A DNA stretch of 64,000 bases, taken from NCBI GenBank assembly GCA_035531435.1, contig DATKSW010000041.1, positions 2,858 through 66,857 on the forward strand, given 5' to 3'. This DNA comes from Steroidobacteraceae bacterium (GTDB lineage: Bacteria > Pseudomonadota > Gammaproteobacteria > Steroidobacterales > Steroidobacteraceae). The position numbers and the translations under genes are program-made. Each line of letters opens with the position of its first letter. Position 1 is the first letter of the stretch. Shown here one piece after another: positions 39,596 through 48,709 of the stretch. The notes under the pieces are model-generated. The model had not been told where the DNA came from. It did not search any database and saw nothing but the letters and a program-made list of their open reading frames with translations.

Positions 39596-40459
39596 GTGAG
39601 CAACTCTTGCGGATCGGTGCGGCGATTCATGGCCATGCGTGCGGCGGCCGTGGCGGCGGCCGCCATGCTGTTCGCGGCGCCAGGCGGCGCCGCCGAGAAG
39701 CCACTGTGGGAATTCGGACTCGGCGCCGGCGTGCTCGCGTTCGACGACTATCGCGGCGCCGACAGCGCGCACGCCTTGGCAATTCCGGTGCCGTACATCG
39801 TCTACCGCGGCAAATTTCTGAAGGCCGATTACGACGGCGTGCGCGGTCAATTTCTGCGCAACCGGATCTTCGATCTCACCGTGAGTCTCAATGCGACGAC
39901 GCCGGTCAGCAGCCGCGACGACGACGCCCGCGACGGCATGCCGAATCTCGAGCCGACCTTTGAGGTCGGCCCGGAGGTAAACGTGCATCTGTTTAGGAGC
40001 GCGGACCGGCGGGTGCGGCTCGAACTGCAATTGCCGCTGCGCCGCGCGATCACGCTGACGGCGCATCCGCAGGGGATCGGCTGGATCGGCGCGCCGTGTT
40101 TGGACGTCGACTTCTTCGGCGTCGGCGGTCACGCCGGCTGGAATACGGGCGTGCAATTCGGTCCCTTGTTCGCGGACCGGGATTTCAACCGGCACTACTA
40201 CGAGGTCGCGGCCAACTACGCCACCGCGGCGAGGCCCCGCTACCGGCCGGGCGGCGGTTATTCGGGAACCGAACTGTTGATCGGGACTTCGCGGAGATTT
40301 CCGAAATTCTGGGTGTTTGCGTTTGCCCGTTACGACTCCCTCGCGGGCGCGACCTTCGCCGCGAGTCCGCTGGTTCGCAGCAATCACTATTGGTTCGGCG
40401 GCGTCGGCTTCGCCTGGATGATCGGGCAGTCGCGCCGCGAAGTGCGGGTCGACGATTGA
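39596..40459 (+). CDS. mipA: MipA/OmpV-family outer-membrane protein
   Basis: KPLWEFGLGAG...DDYRGADS...PYIVYRGKFLKAD pattern. Start uncertain (GTG 39596, GTG 39617 or ATG 39629). Confidence 0.8.
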   Translation: MSNSCGSVRRFMAMRAAAVAAAAMLFAAPGGAAEKPLWEFGLGAGVLAFDDYRGADSAHALAIPVPYIVYRGKFLKADYDGVRGQFLRNRIFDLTVSLNATTPVSSRDDDARDGMPNLEPTFEVGPEVNVHLFRSADRRVRLELQLPLRRAITLTAHPQGIGWIGAPCLDVDFFGVGGHAGWNTGVQFGPLFADRDFNRHYYEVAANYATAARPRYRPGGGYSGTELLIGTSRRFPKFWVFAFARYDSLAGATFAASPLVRSNHYWFGGVGFAWMIGQSRREVRVDD

Positions 40460-40566
40460 ACCGGCGGCGCGCGTCGTGCGCGCAGCTGCCAGCCGCCGCG
40501 CCGATTTGCGCTGCCCGGAAAGGCGGTGGTAACTTGCCCGCAGGTCATTTCCAAAGAAGGCATGCC

Positions 40567-41550
40567 ATGAACCGTCGAATCACGCAAGAATTTCCCGCCG
40601 CGATTTGCGCCGTTGCGCTGTTCGCCCTGGCTGCGCTCGCGGCGCCGTCCGCGGCGTCGGCCTACGCCTACGTCGGCAACCAGGTGAGCGGCACGGTCTC
40701 GGTCATCGACACTGCGCGCGACGTGGTGGTGCGCACCCTGCCGGCTCACGGCAAGATCGGCAAGAAGATTCAGGCGGTGGTCGCCGACCGCGGCGGCAAG
40801 CATATCTTCGTCGTCGATGCGGCCGGCAACGATCTGGTCGAACTCGATGCGGCGTCCGGCCGCGTGGATAAGCGCATACCCGTCGGCAGGGCGCCGGAAG
40901 GCGCGTCGCTGTCGCCGTCCGGGAAAACCATCGCCGTCTGCGTGGAGAAGGACAACCTGGTCGTGCTCGTCGACGTGGCGACCGCCAGCGTCAGGCACAT
41001 CATCCATACCCAGGGAAAAAATCCCGAGCATTGCGAATTCAACGGCGATGAGGATTGGATGGTGACCGGCAACGAGAATTCGAGCGACGCCGACATCATC
41101 AATCTGCGTCTGCACCGTTCCATTGCCCTGGTGCCGACCGACGGGCGCTCGCGCGGCGTCGCCTGGCTGCCGCACAAAATGATCGCCTACGTCGCGCAAG
41201 AGAGCGCCAACGGCGTCGATGTCATCGACGTCGCCACGCACAAAGTGCTGCGCTTGATTCACACGGGACTGCGCGCCGCGGACGCGATCGCGACGCCCGA
41301 CGGCAAAACCGTATTCGTCAGCAACGGCGGCGCCGGCACGGTGTCGGCGATCGATACGGCTGCCGAAAAAGTCGTGGCGACGATTGCGGTGGGCAAGCGC
41401 CCGTGGAATATGGCGCTGACGCATGACGGCAAGAAGCTCTACGTGGCGAACGGCAGGTCCAACAGCGTCAGCGTCATCGATACGGTGAAGCTGACCGTGA
41501 TCAAGACCATTGCGGTCGGCAAATTGCCGTGGGGCGTCGAGATTCCGTAG
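40567..41550 (+). CDS. YVTN-repeat beta-propeller protein (PQQ-dependent catabolism-associated type)
   Basis: Signal peptide, repeated YV.N..S..VSVID units, location directly upstream of the PQQ dehydrogenase. Confidence 0.8.
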   Translation: MNRRITQEFPAAICAVALFALAALAAPSAASAYAYVGNQVSGTVSVIDTARDVVVRTLPAHGKIGKKIQAVVADRGGKHIFVVDAAGNDLVELDAASGRVDKRIPVGRAPEGASLSPSGKTIAVCVEKDNLVVLVDVATASVRHIIHTQGKNPEHCEFNGDEDWMVTGNENSSDADIINLRLHRSIALVPTDGRSRGVAWLPHKMIAYVAQESANGVDVIDVATHKVLRLIHTGLRAADAIATPDGKTVFVSNGGAGTVSAIDTAAEKVVATIAVGKRPWNMALTHDGKKLYVANGRSNSVSVIDTVKLTVIKTIAVGKLPWGVEIP

Positions 41551-41733
41551 CGTGGTCGGCGCTCTGCGCAGAGCATGCGCCTCAGCAATGGCGCAACTGC
41601 GACTGCTCCACTGTGCCGATCCGGGAACACTTCTTGCTGCATCGCAGCATGACGGTCGCGAGGAGATTTCATAAGCATATGATTCGAAAAGGAAACCCAA
41701 AGTTACAGGATTTTATGCGGGCGTCCATGGCGC

Positions 41734-41749
41734 TGGCATAGGCATTGCT
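41734..41749 (+). promoter_or_regulatory. Sigma54-type promoter upstream of xoxF
   Basis: TGGCATaggcaTTGCT, one mismatch to TGGCAC-N5-TTGCW, about 255 nt upstream of the xoxF ATG. Confidence 0.55.
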
Positions 41750-42002
41750 ACATATTCAACAGCGGTCCAAGGCGGGGTGCCCGTTGCTGACTCTCCGATA
41801 CATTGGGATCAGTATGGTGCCGATGGATTTGCGACCAGCCAACTATAAAGTAATAGGCACGCATCGCGAATGAGGGGAGGTTTGCAATTGAGAGAAAAAT
41901 CAATCCGCATTTTCTGCACAGCACCCGGCGTCAATGCCGTGTGCGCACCGCTTTTGTACGTGGCGGCGACGAGCTCAGATTCCAAGCAGGAGGAGAATTG
42001 AG

Positions 42003-43889
42003 ATGAAATGGCTTACAACAAAGGTCCACATCAAACCGTTTCTCGCCGCCGTAGCGCTGGTGACCGTGTGCGGCGCCGCGATAGCCGGTTCGGATTCGGA
42101 ACAGTTCCAAAGATTCAAGGATCCTAATCAGTGGGGCGCCCCCGCGGGCAATTTGAACCAGACCCGCTATAGCGCGCTCACCGGGATCAACACGAAGAAC
42201 GTCAAGCGTCTGCAGATGATGTGGTCGCAATCCAGCGGTACGCTGCGCGGCCACGAGGGCCAGCCTCTGGTCATCGAGGATGTCGGCGGCAAGCCGATGA
42301 TGTTCATGGAGAGCGGTTGGCCGAATATCGTCCAGGCGCTCGACCTAAGCGATCCCGATCATCCTGTGCAGGTATGGAGCTACACCAAAACGAGCGGTCG
42401 CGACCAATCGGCGGTGCCTCGCGCCTGCTGCGACACGGTCAATCGCGGCCTTTCCTACGCGGAAGGCAAACTGGTGTTCGGCACCTTGGACGGCTACGTG
42501 ATCGCCCTCGATGCAGCCACCGGCAAGGAGGATTGGGTCGTCAAACACGCCTACCCGGCGAAGGGCCAGACGATCACGCCGGCGCCGATCATCGCGCACG
42601 ACAAAGTCATCATCGGCTTCGGCGGTGACGAGTTCGCCGCCCGCGGCCATGTGACGGCTTACAACCTGTCCGACGGCTCGAAGGCTTGGCAGTGCTATTC
42701 GGATGGCAGCGACAAGGACGTGTGCCTGACGCCGGAGACCAACAAGGACCATCCGGAATACGGCACCTACGGCAAGAATCTCGGCATTAGCACCTATCCC
42801 GGCGATGAGTGGAAGCGGGGCGGTGGAGCGGCTTGGGGCTTTTATGCCTACGATCCGAAGCTGCATTTGGTCTACTACGGCACCGGCAATCCGGGACTGT
42901 GGTCGCCGAGCTACCGCTGCTCGCCGCCGATTACGCAGGAGCATTGCAACAATGGCCATTTCGACAACAAGTGGTCGCTGAGCATCTTCGCGCGCAACGT
43001 CGATACCGGCGCGGCGAAATGGGTCTATCAGATGACCCCGTTCGATCAATGGGACTATGACGGCATCAACGAGCCGGTACTGGTCGACATGAAGGTCAAC
43101 GGTAAGATGCACAAGGCGCTCGTGCATTTCGACCGCAACGGTTTCGCCTACGTGCTTGATCGCGTCGACGGCACGCTGTTGGAAGCCCACAAGTTCGTGA
43201 CCGTGAACTGGGCCGAGAAGGTCGACATGAAGACCGGCCGGCCGGTCAAGGTCTACGCGCACTCGCCGTTGAAAGTCGGCGACAACACGCAGGCCTGCCC
43301 GTCGGCGATGGGCGGCAAGGACCAGCAGCCCGTGGCAGTCGATCCGACGCAGCCGGAGGACTTCTATGTGCCGACCAATAACTGGTGCATGGAAGATGAG
43401 CCGCAACAGCGCGCGGACATGCAGCAGGGCACCGTTTACGTGTTCGCCAACGTGTACATGTATCCGGAGAAGCCGGGCGTCACTGGAAAATTCAAGAAGT
43501 TCAACGTAGTGACCGGCAAGACCGTATGGGAAATCCCCGACAAGTATCCAAACTGGGGCGGCGCGCTCGTCACCAAGGGCGGATTGGCGTTCTACGGCAG
43601 CTTGGGCGGCGATTTCCGCGCCGTCGATCGGGCAACCGGCAAGGTGGTGTGGTCGCGCAAATTGGGCTCGGGCATCATCGGCAACCCGATCGCCTATTCC
43701 GTCAAGGGTAAGGAATACGTCTCGGTGTGGTCGGGCATCGGTGGCTGGATCGGTCTGCCCGTGACCGCGGGCCTCGATATGAACGACAAGTTCGGAGCGA
43801 TCGGCGCCACGGCAATGGCCAAGGCGTCCGGCTTGAACCACATTCCGCAGGGTGGCATGCTGTACACGTTCAGGGTGGTAAACGACTGA
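42003..43889 (+). CDS. xoxF: PQQ-dependent methanol/ethanol-family dehydrogenase, lanthanide-type (XoxF-like)
   Basis: Signal peptide, vicinal Cys pair (RACCDTVNRG, nt 42426-42431), W-motif propeller repeats, WDYDG with the second Asp (nt 43053-43061). ATG preceded by AGGAGGAG. Confidence 0.9.
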   Translation: MKWLTTKVHIKPFLAAVALVTVCGAAIAGSDSEQFQRFKDPNQWGAPAGNLNQTRYSALTGINTKNVKRLQMMWSQSSGTLRGHEGQPLVIEDVGGKPMMFMESGWPNIVQALDLSDPDHPVQVWSYTKTSGRDQSAVPRACCDTVNRGLSYAEGKLVFGTLDGYVIALDAATGKEDWVVKHAYPAKGQTITPAPIIAHDKVIIGFGGDEFAARGHVTAYNLSDGSKAWQCYSDGSDKDVCLTPETNKDHPEYGTYGKNLGISTYPGDEWKRGGGAAWGFYAYDPKLHLVYYGTGNPGLWSPSYRCSPPITQEHCNNGHFDNKWSLSIFARNVDTGAAKWVYQMTPFDQWDYDGINEPVLVDMKVNGKMHKALVHFDRNGFAYVLDRVDGTLLEAHKFVTVNWAEKVDMKTGRPVKVYAHSPLKVGDNTQACPSAMGGKDQQPVAVDPTQPEDFYVPTNNWCMEDEPQQRADMQQGTVYVFANVYMYPEKPGVTGKFKKFNVVTGKTVWEIPDKYPNWGGALVTKGGLAFYGSLGGDFRAVDRATGKVVWSRKLGSGIIGNPIAYSVKGKEYVSVWSGIGGWIGLPVTAGLDMNDKFGAIGATAMAKASGLNHIPQGGMLYTFRVVND

Positions 43890-43913
43890 CGTGGTTTGAC
43901 TTTTCGAGACCTT

Positions 43914-43945
43914 GCCCGGTGTCGCAAGACACCGGGCTTTCTCGT
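43914..43945 (+). terminator. Rho-independent terminator/attenuator after xoxF
   Basis: Perfect 10-bp stem GCCCGGTGTC-gcaa-GACACCGGGC followed by TTTCTCGTGTT. Confidence 0.65.
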
Positions 43946-44029
43946 GTTCGGCACTTTCGTGCATAGTGCACCGGTAGAGAGCCTGCACCGATCCGACTCT
44001 AAATCGACCAGCCTTTGTGGGAGGCCAGC

Positions 44030-45670
44030 ATGAACAGCTCCATACGCATCTCTCGGCTCGCGTTGCTCGCCGCAAGCTTGCTCGTCGTGAGCGGCGCGGC
44101 GTTCGCCGGTACGCTCGAGTCGCTGACCGTCTGCGCCGATCCCGGCAACATGCCGCTGTCGAACAACAAGGGCGAGGGATTCGAGAACAAGATCGCGCAG
44201 GTGATCGGCGCGGCGCTCGGCACCGGCGTCAACTACTACTGGCGGCCGTCGGTGCAACGCGGCCTGATGCGCACTACTTTGAGCGCGGGAGACTGCGACC
44301 TGTGGATGGACATGGCCTCCGGCACCGAAGGGGCGATGGTCCTGCGGCCGCTGTACCGTTCGACTTTCGTTCTGGTGTACCGCAACGACAAGGGTATCGA
44401 CATCAAGAGTTTCGACGATCCGGCGCTGAAGAAGCTGCGCGTCGGGGTATTTCAAGTATCGGCGATTCGCGAGGCCCTGGCGGATCACGACGTGGTCGCG
44501 AATACCGTGGTGCATTATCTCAGCCACAACGCCGACATGGTTCCGGACAACCAACCCTCTTACCAGGTGCAACAGGTCATCGACGGCAGTCTCGATATCG
44601 CCGCGGCCTGGGGGCCGATGGCGGGCTATTACAAGAAGGTGCTGCACGCACCGTTGATCGTGCAACCCGTGAATTTGATGGAGAACAATGTCCCCTTGGA
44701 ATTCAACATGTCGCTCGCGGTGCCGAAGGACCGGCCGGACATCAAGGCCGTGGTCGAGCGGGTCATGGTCGAGCAGAAGGACGCGATACACAAGATTCTG
44801 ACCGATTACGGCGTACCTCTGGTCGTGTGCCCGGAGTGCATCATCTCCGGCGATCTGCCGTCGCACGGTCCCTATCATCCGCTGCACCGGCCGGAGATGA
44901 CCCCGCAGATGCAGGCGCAGGTTCGGCGCAAGAGAATGGCCGAGCTGAAGCAATGGCTCGCGCAAGGCGCGAGCCCCAACCATGAGTTGGACGATGCGGT
45001 GATCGCCAACGACATCGACCGCGTCCGCTATCTGCTGAAAGTCGGCGCGCGGGTCGGCTGGCGGGACGGCGACGGCTATACGCCGCTGATCAACGCGGCG
45101 CGCTTCGGTTTCATCGATGTGGCGCGGTTTCTGATCGATCACAAGGCCGATGTCAATCAAGCCGACACCGGCAGCTGGACGCCGCTGATGTACGCGGCCT
45201 GGAACGACGATGCGGCGCTGGTCGCCTTGTTGGTCAAGAGCGGCGCGAAGATCAATGTGAAGGACAACCACGGTCTCAGCCCGCTCGCGATCGCCGCGCA
45301 AAACGGCAAGGTCCACGCGCTCGAGGCCTTGGTCGCCGCGGGCGCGGATGTCAATACGCCGGTCGCGAAGGGCGGATACACGCCGCTGATGCTGGCATCG
45401 GTGGGCGGATCGAGCGATCTCGCGCAGGCGCTGATCAAGCACGGCGCCAAGGTCAATGCGGCGAATCCTGGCGGCGTCACCGCCTTGATGATCGCCGCAG
45501 CCGGCGACCATTCGGAACTCGCGCAGCTGCTGTTGAAGTCGGGGGCCGACGTCAATGCGCACAGCTCCGATGGCCGCACGGCGCTCAGCATCGCCAAGGA
45601 GAACGGCAACACCGCGGTCCTCAAGGTGATCGAGGACGCCGCCGAGCGCGGCGCCGCGAGTTCGGGCTGA
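44030..45670 (+). CDS. xoxJ: XoxJ/MxaJ-like periplasmic substrate-binding protein fused to a C-terminal ankyrin-repeat domain
   Basis: Signal peptide. LTVCADPGNMPLSN...YYWRP...DLWMDM... resembles the quinoprotein-dehydrogenase-associated SBP. From about nt 44970 there are 6-7 ankyrin units (G.TPL..AA..G......LL..GA.VN). Confidence 0.8.
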   Translation: MNSSIRISRLALLAASLLVVSGAAFAGTLESLTVCADPGNMPLSNNKGEGFENKIAQVIGAALGTGVNYYWRPSVQRGLMRTTLSAGDCDLWMDMASGTEGAMVLRPLYRSTFVLVYRNDKGIDIKSFDDPALKKLRVGVFQVSAIREALADHDVVANTVVHYLSHNADMVPDNQPSYQVQQVIDGSLDIAAAWGPMAGYYKKVLHAPLIVQPVNLMENNVPLEFNMSLAVPKDRPDIKAVVERVMVEQKDAIHKILTDYGVPLVVCPECIISGDLPSHGPYHPLHRPEMTPQMQAQVRRKRMAELKQWLAQGASPNHELDDAVIANDIDRVRYLLKVGARVGWRDGDGYTPLINAARFGFIDVARFLIDHKADVNQADTGSWTPLMYAAWNDDAALVALLVKSGAKINVKDNHGLSPLAIAAQNGKVHALEALVAAGADVNTPVAKGGYTPLMLASVGGSSDLAQALIKHGAKVNAANPGGVTALMIAAAGDHSELAQLLLKSGADVNAHSSDGRTALSIAKENGNTAVLKVIEDAAERGAASSG

Positions 45671-45740
45671 TCGATCGGCGGCCGGCCGGTTCCGAGGGAT
45701 GCTCATGGGTAGGATGTCACGCGTAAGGGGAGTCGAAGTG

Positions 45741-46313
45741 ATGAGAAGATTTGCACTGGTCGGCGTCACCGCGATCGCGTTGGCGGCATGTGCGGTCGCG
45801 ACGCACGGCAACGCCACGGCCTCCGGGCCGCCCAAAGCGGCAATTGCCGCGGTGGCGGCGGCGCCCGCGGCCAAAGCCGCGCCCGCGACGGTGGACTATA
45901 CGAAGATCAAACCGGTGGATTTGGTCAACGCAACGCCGAAGGGGCAACTTCACAATCCGTATAAGGACACGCAGGCCGACATCGTCGCGCAGGGCTCGAA
46001 GCTGTTCCTGAGTTATGGCTGCAGCGGTTGCCACGGCGGCGGCGGCGGCGGCGGCATGTGCCCGCCGCTGATCAACGATGTTTGGGTTTACGGCGGCGAC
46101 GACGACACGATTTTCCGCCTGGTCACGCTCGGCAGCATCGAATTGCAGAAGCGGGGCTACAGCCGGACCGGCATGGAAAACGTCGTCGGTCCGATGCCGC
46201 CCTACGGCGGGATCATCAAGAACGCCGACGACCTGTGGAAGATCTTCGCCTGGGTGCGGTCGCGGTACGACGGCGATCCGGCCTACAAGTACGGCGGCCC
46301 GCCGAGCGAGTAA
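45741..46313 (+). CDS. xoxG: c-type cytochrome, methanol-metabolism-associated (XoxG-like)
   Basis: CSGCH heme motif followed by a Gly7 run and MCPPL. Signal peptide. Position downstream of xoxF-xoxJ. Confidence 0.8.
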   Translation: MRRFALVGVTAIALAACAVATHGNATASGPPKAAIAAVAAAPAAKAAPATVDYTKIKPVDLVNATPKGQLHNPYKDTQADIVAQGSKLFLSYGCSGCHGGGGGGGMCPPLINDVWVYGGDDDTIFRLVTLGSIELQKRGYSRTGMENVVGPMPPYGGIIKNADDLWKIFAWVRSRYDGDPAYKYGGPPSE

Positions 46314-46415
46314 GCGGCCGGCCCGATCACGACGCGCCCCTAGTCCGGCTCGGGAGGCCGATATACCCCGAGCCGGCGCGGAGCGCTCCCTCAGGGGTCC
46401 CACCGGCGCGGATCT

Positions 46416-46443
46416 TTGCGCCAAACACCTGGCCGCCTATAAT
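46416..46443 (+). promoter_or_regulatory. Sigma70-like promoter for the EBP gene
   Basis: TTGCGC-N16-TATAAT, about 165 nt upstream of the TTG start at 46608. Confidence 0.4.
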
Positions 46444-46607
46444 TGCTGCACTGCAGATTGCACCGTCAAACGAAAAGGACGAGGCTTTAGGCAGATCGGA
46501 AGCGGGGCCCCGCGGCCCCGCCAATTCGGCAAAATACAAGGAGCGCCGACTGGCGCACCTTTCGAGCAGGGTGAAATTCGGCTGGATGACGACTCCCAGG
46601 TGATCTT

Positions 46608-48602
46608 TTGACCAATCCCAATCTTGCAACGAGTCACGCGACGCGAATCATTCGCGTCGTCGAGAGCGGCATACAGCCGGCCGGCATCGAGGCGCATGTC
46701 ACGCGCTCCTGGCACCGTTGCCTGCGAGAATACGGGATCGAACCCTCGGAGCCGCGCCGCAACGCGATACTGAACCCGCAGTCGGTCAAGGAACTGCAGC
46801 AGCGCATGGGCGAACTGCTGCCGATCGCGCGCGCCGAGATGGAGAGTCTGTACGAGCAAATCGCCGGCTCGAGCTTTGCCGTGATCTTGTCCGATACCCG
46901 CGGTACCGTGCTCAGCACGATCACGGACCCGACGCTGCAGCGCGAATTCCGCCAGGCGGGATTGTCGGTCGGTGCATTATGGGACGAACGCCACGAAGGC
47001 ACCAACGGCATAGGCACCTGCCTAGCGGAAGGCGCTCCGGTGACCGTACACCGCGAGGAGCATTTCCGCGGCTACAATCTGTCGCTTTCCTGTTCGGCGG
47101 CGCCGATTCTCGACCCGCACGGCGGCCTGATCGCCGTCCTCGACGCCTCGACGGCCAATTCCAGCGATAGCCGCCTGATTCAGCGGCATACGATGGCGCT
47201 GGTCAACATGTCTGCGAATTTGATATCACGTTGGAATTTCATGCACGAGTTCAGCGAGTCGTGGATCCTTCGGTTTCACAGCCGCGCGGAATTCGTCGGC
47301 CTGTTGCACGAAGCGCTCGTCGCGATCGACGGCAGCGGCCGGATTCTCGCCGTCAACGAAAGCGCATTGCTGCAATTGGGATGCGCGACGCGCATGTCGG
47401 TCGTCGGTCAATCGATCGAGCAATTCTTCCAGTTCGATTTCGAGACGCTGGAACAGCGCGCCAAATCCGATCCCAGCGCGATCTGGCCGGTGCGTGATCT
47501 CGCCCATGGACGTCGATTTTTCGCGGTAGTGCGGGCGCCGCTGCGCAGGACCGCGGATAATTTGGAACTGCCGGCGCCAAACCGGCCGGCCGATGCGCCG
47601 ATCAGTGCGAGGCCCGCGGAGCGCGGCTTGGAACACATCGGCGAAGACCCGACGATGCATCGGAACATGAGTTTCGGCCGGCAGTTATTCGCCAAGCAAG
47701 TGCCGATTTTGCTGCAGGGCGCGACCGGCACCGGCAAGGAGGCGTTCGCGAAAGCCTTGCATCAGAGCGGCCTTTGGTCCGACAAGCCGTTCGTGACGGT
47801 CAACTGCGCGGCGATACCGGAAAACCTCATCGAAAGCGAGCTGTTCGGCTACACGCGCGGCGCATTCACCGGCGCGGCAAAGGAAGGCCGCATCGGCAAA
47901 ATCCTGCAGTCGAGCGGCGGCACATTATTCCTCGATGAAATCGGCGACATGCCCCTGATGCTGCAAACGCGCCTGCTGCGCGTGATCGAGGAACGCGAGG
48001 TCGTGCCGGTGGGCAGCGATCATGCGATACCGGTCAATCCGCACGTGATCAGCGCGACCCACCGCGACATTCGCAAGATGATTCAGAACGGCGAGTTTCG
48101 CGAGGATCTGTATTACCGCTTGAACGGCATGACGCTGCAATTGCCGCTGCTGCGCGAGCGGACCGATAAAATCGACCTGATCCGCGCCCTGTTGCGCGAG
48201 GAAAATCCGGGCCAGTCGATCGAGATCGCGGCGGACGCCTTCCATAAGCTGCTGGAATACGACTGGCCGGGCAACATACGCCAATTGCGCAATGCGCTGC
48301 GCACGGCTTCGGCACTATGCCGCGACGGCGTGGTGCGCCTTGCGAATTTGCCGCAGGAGATTCTCGATACGGAGTCGCGCGTATTGCCGGCCGCGGAAGC
48401 GATCAACGGCGGCGCCGCGTCGACGCCGGCGGCGCCGGTCGGTTTGCCCGGCGCCGCATTGCGAGAAGCCGAATGCACGGCGCTGATCCGCGAATTGGAG
48501 CGCATGCATTGGAACATCAGCCGCACCGCGCAGGCCTTGGGCGTCAGCCGCAATACGCTCTACCGTAAGATCCACAAGCACCGCATCGTCCTCGGCCAGT
48601 GA
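46608..48602 (+). CDS. Sigma54-dependent enhancer-binding protein (AcoR-like: N-terminal sensory/GAF-like, AAA+, Fis-type HTH)
   Basis: GATGTGKE Walker A, GAFTGA motif (RGAFTGA), DEIGDM Walker B, C-terminal HTH (NISRTAQALGVSRNTLYRK). TTG start preceded by AGGTGA. Confidence 0.9.
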   Translation: MTNPNLATSHATRIIRVVESGIQPAGIEAHVTRSWHRCLREYGIEPSEPRRNAILNPQSVKELQQRMGELLPIARAEMESLYEQIAGSSFAVILSDTRGTVLSTITDPTLQREFRQAGLSVGALWDERHEGTNGIGTCLAEGAPVTVHREEHFRGYNLSLSCSAAPILDPHGGLIAVLDASTANSSDSRLIQRHTMALVNMSANLISRWNFMHEFSESWILRFHSRAEFVGLLHEALVAIDGSGRILAVNESALLQLGCATRMSVVGQSIEQFFQFDFETLEQRAKSDPSAIWPVRDLAHGRRFFAVVRAPLRRTADNLELPAPNRPADAPISARPAERGLEHIGEDPTMHRNMSFGRQLFAKQVPILLQGATGTGKEAFAKALHQSGLWSDKPFVTVNCAAIPENLIESELFGYTRGAFTGAAKEGRIGKILQSSGGTLFLDEIGDMPLMLQTRLLRVIEEREVVPVGSDHAIPVNPHVISATHRDIRKMIQNGEFREDLYYRLNGMTLQLPLLRERTDKIDLIRALLREENPGQSIEIAADAFHKLLEYDWPGNIRQLRNALRTASALCRDGVVRLANLPQEILDTESRVLPAAEAINGGAASTPAAPVGLPGAALREAECTALIRELERMHWNISRTAQALGVSRNTLYRKIHKHRIVLGQ

Positions 48603-48656
48603 ACGGCGCGGCGCGGCCGCTGCGCTGTGGCAATTACGGTAACGAAGCGAATCGAC

Positions 48657-48690
48657 CGATCCGGGGCGTCCATCCCTACGCCCCGGATCG
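48657..48690. terminator. Hairpin between convergent genes (possible bidirectional terminator)
   Basis: 13-bp perfect stem CGATCCGGGGCGT-ccatccct-ACGCCCCGGATCG. No strong U-tract on either strand. Confidence 0.45.
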
Positions 48691-48709
48691 ATGCGACCCC
48701 CCCAGGCGG

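Noticed and set aside
41561-41649. Perfect 14-bp palindrome GCTCTGCGCAGAGC (41561-41574) and TGCTGCatcGCAGCA (41635-41649) upstream of the xoxF sigma54 promoter, considered as EBP binding sites.
   Set aside because: Neither motif recurs upstream of the adhC or porin sigma54-type promoters. The first sits right after the beta-propeller stop and may just be a terminator-like stem. The TGT-N12-ACA element is the only one shared by all three regions.
46034-46054. (GGC)7 trinucleotide run in the XoxG-like cytochrome gene, considered as a possible phase-variation tract.
   Set aside because: The unit length is 3, so slippage keeps the frame. It encodes a Gly run immediately after the CSGCH heme motif, and from memory (unverified) that run is a conserved feature of this cytochrome family. 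It more likely reflects codon bias on a conserved Gly stretch.
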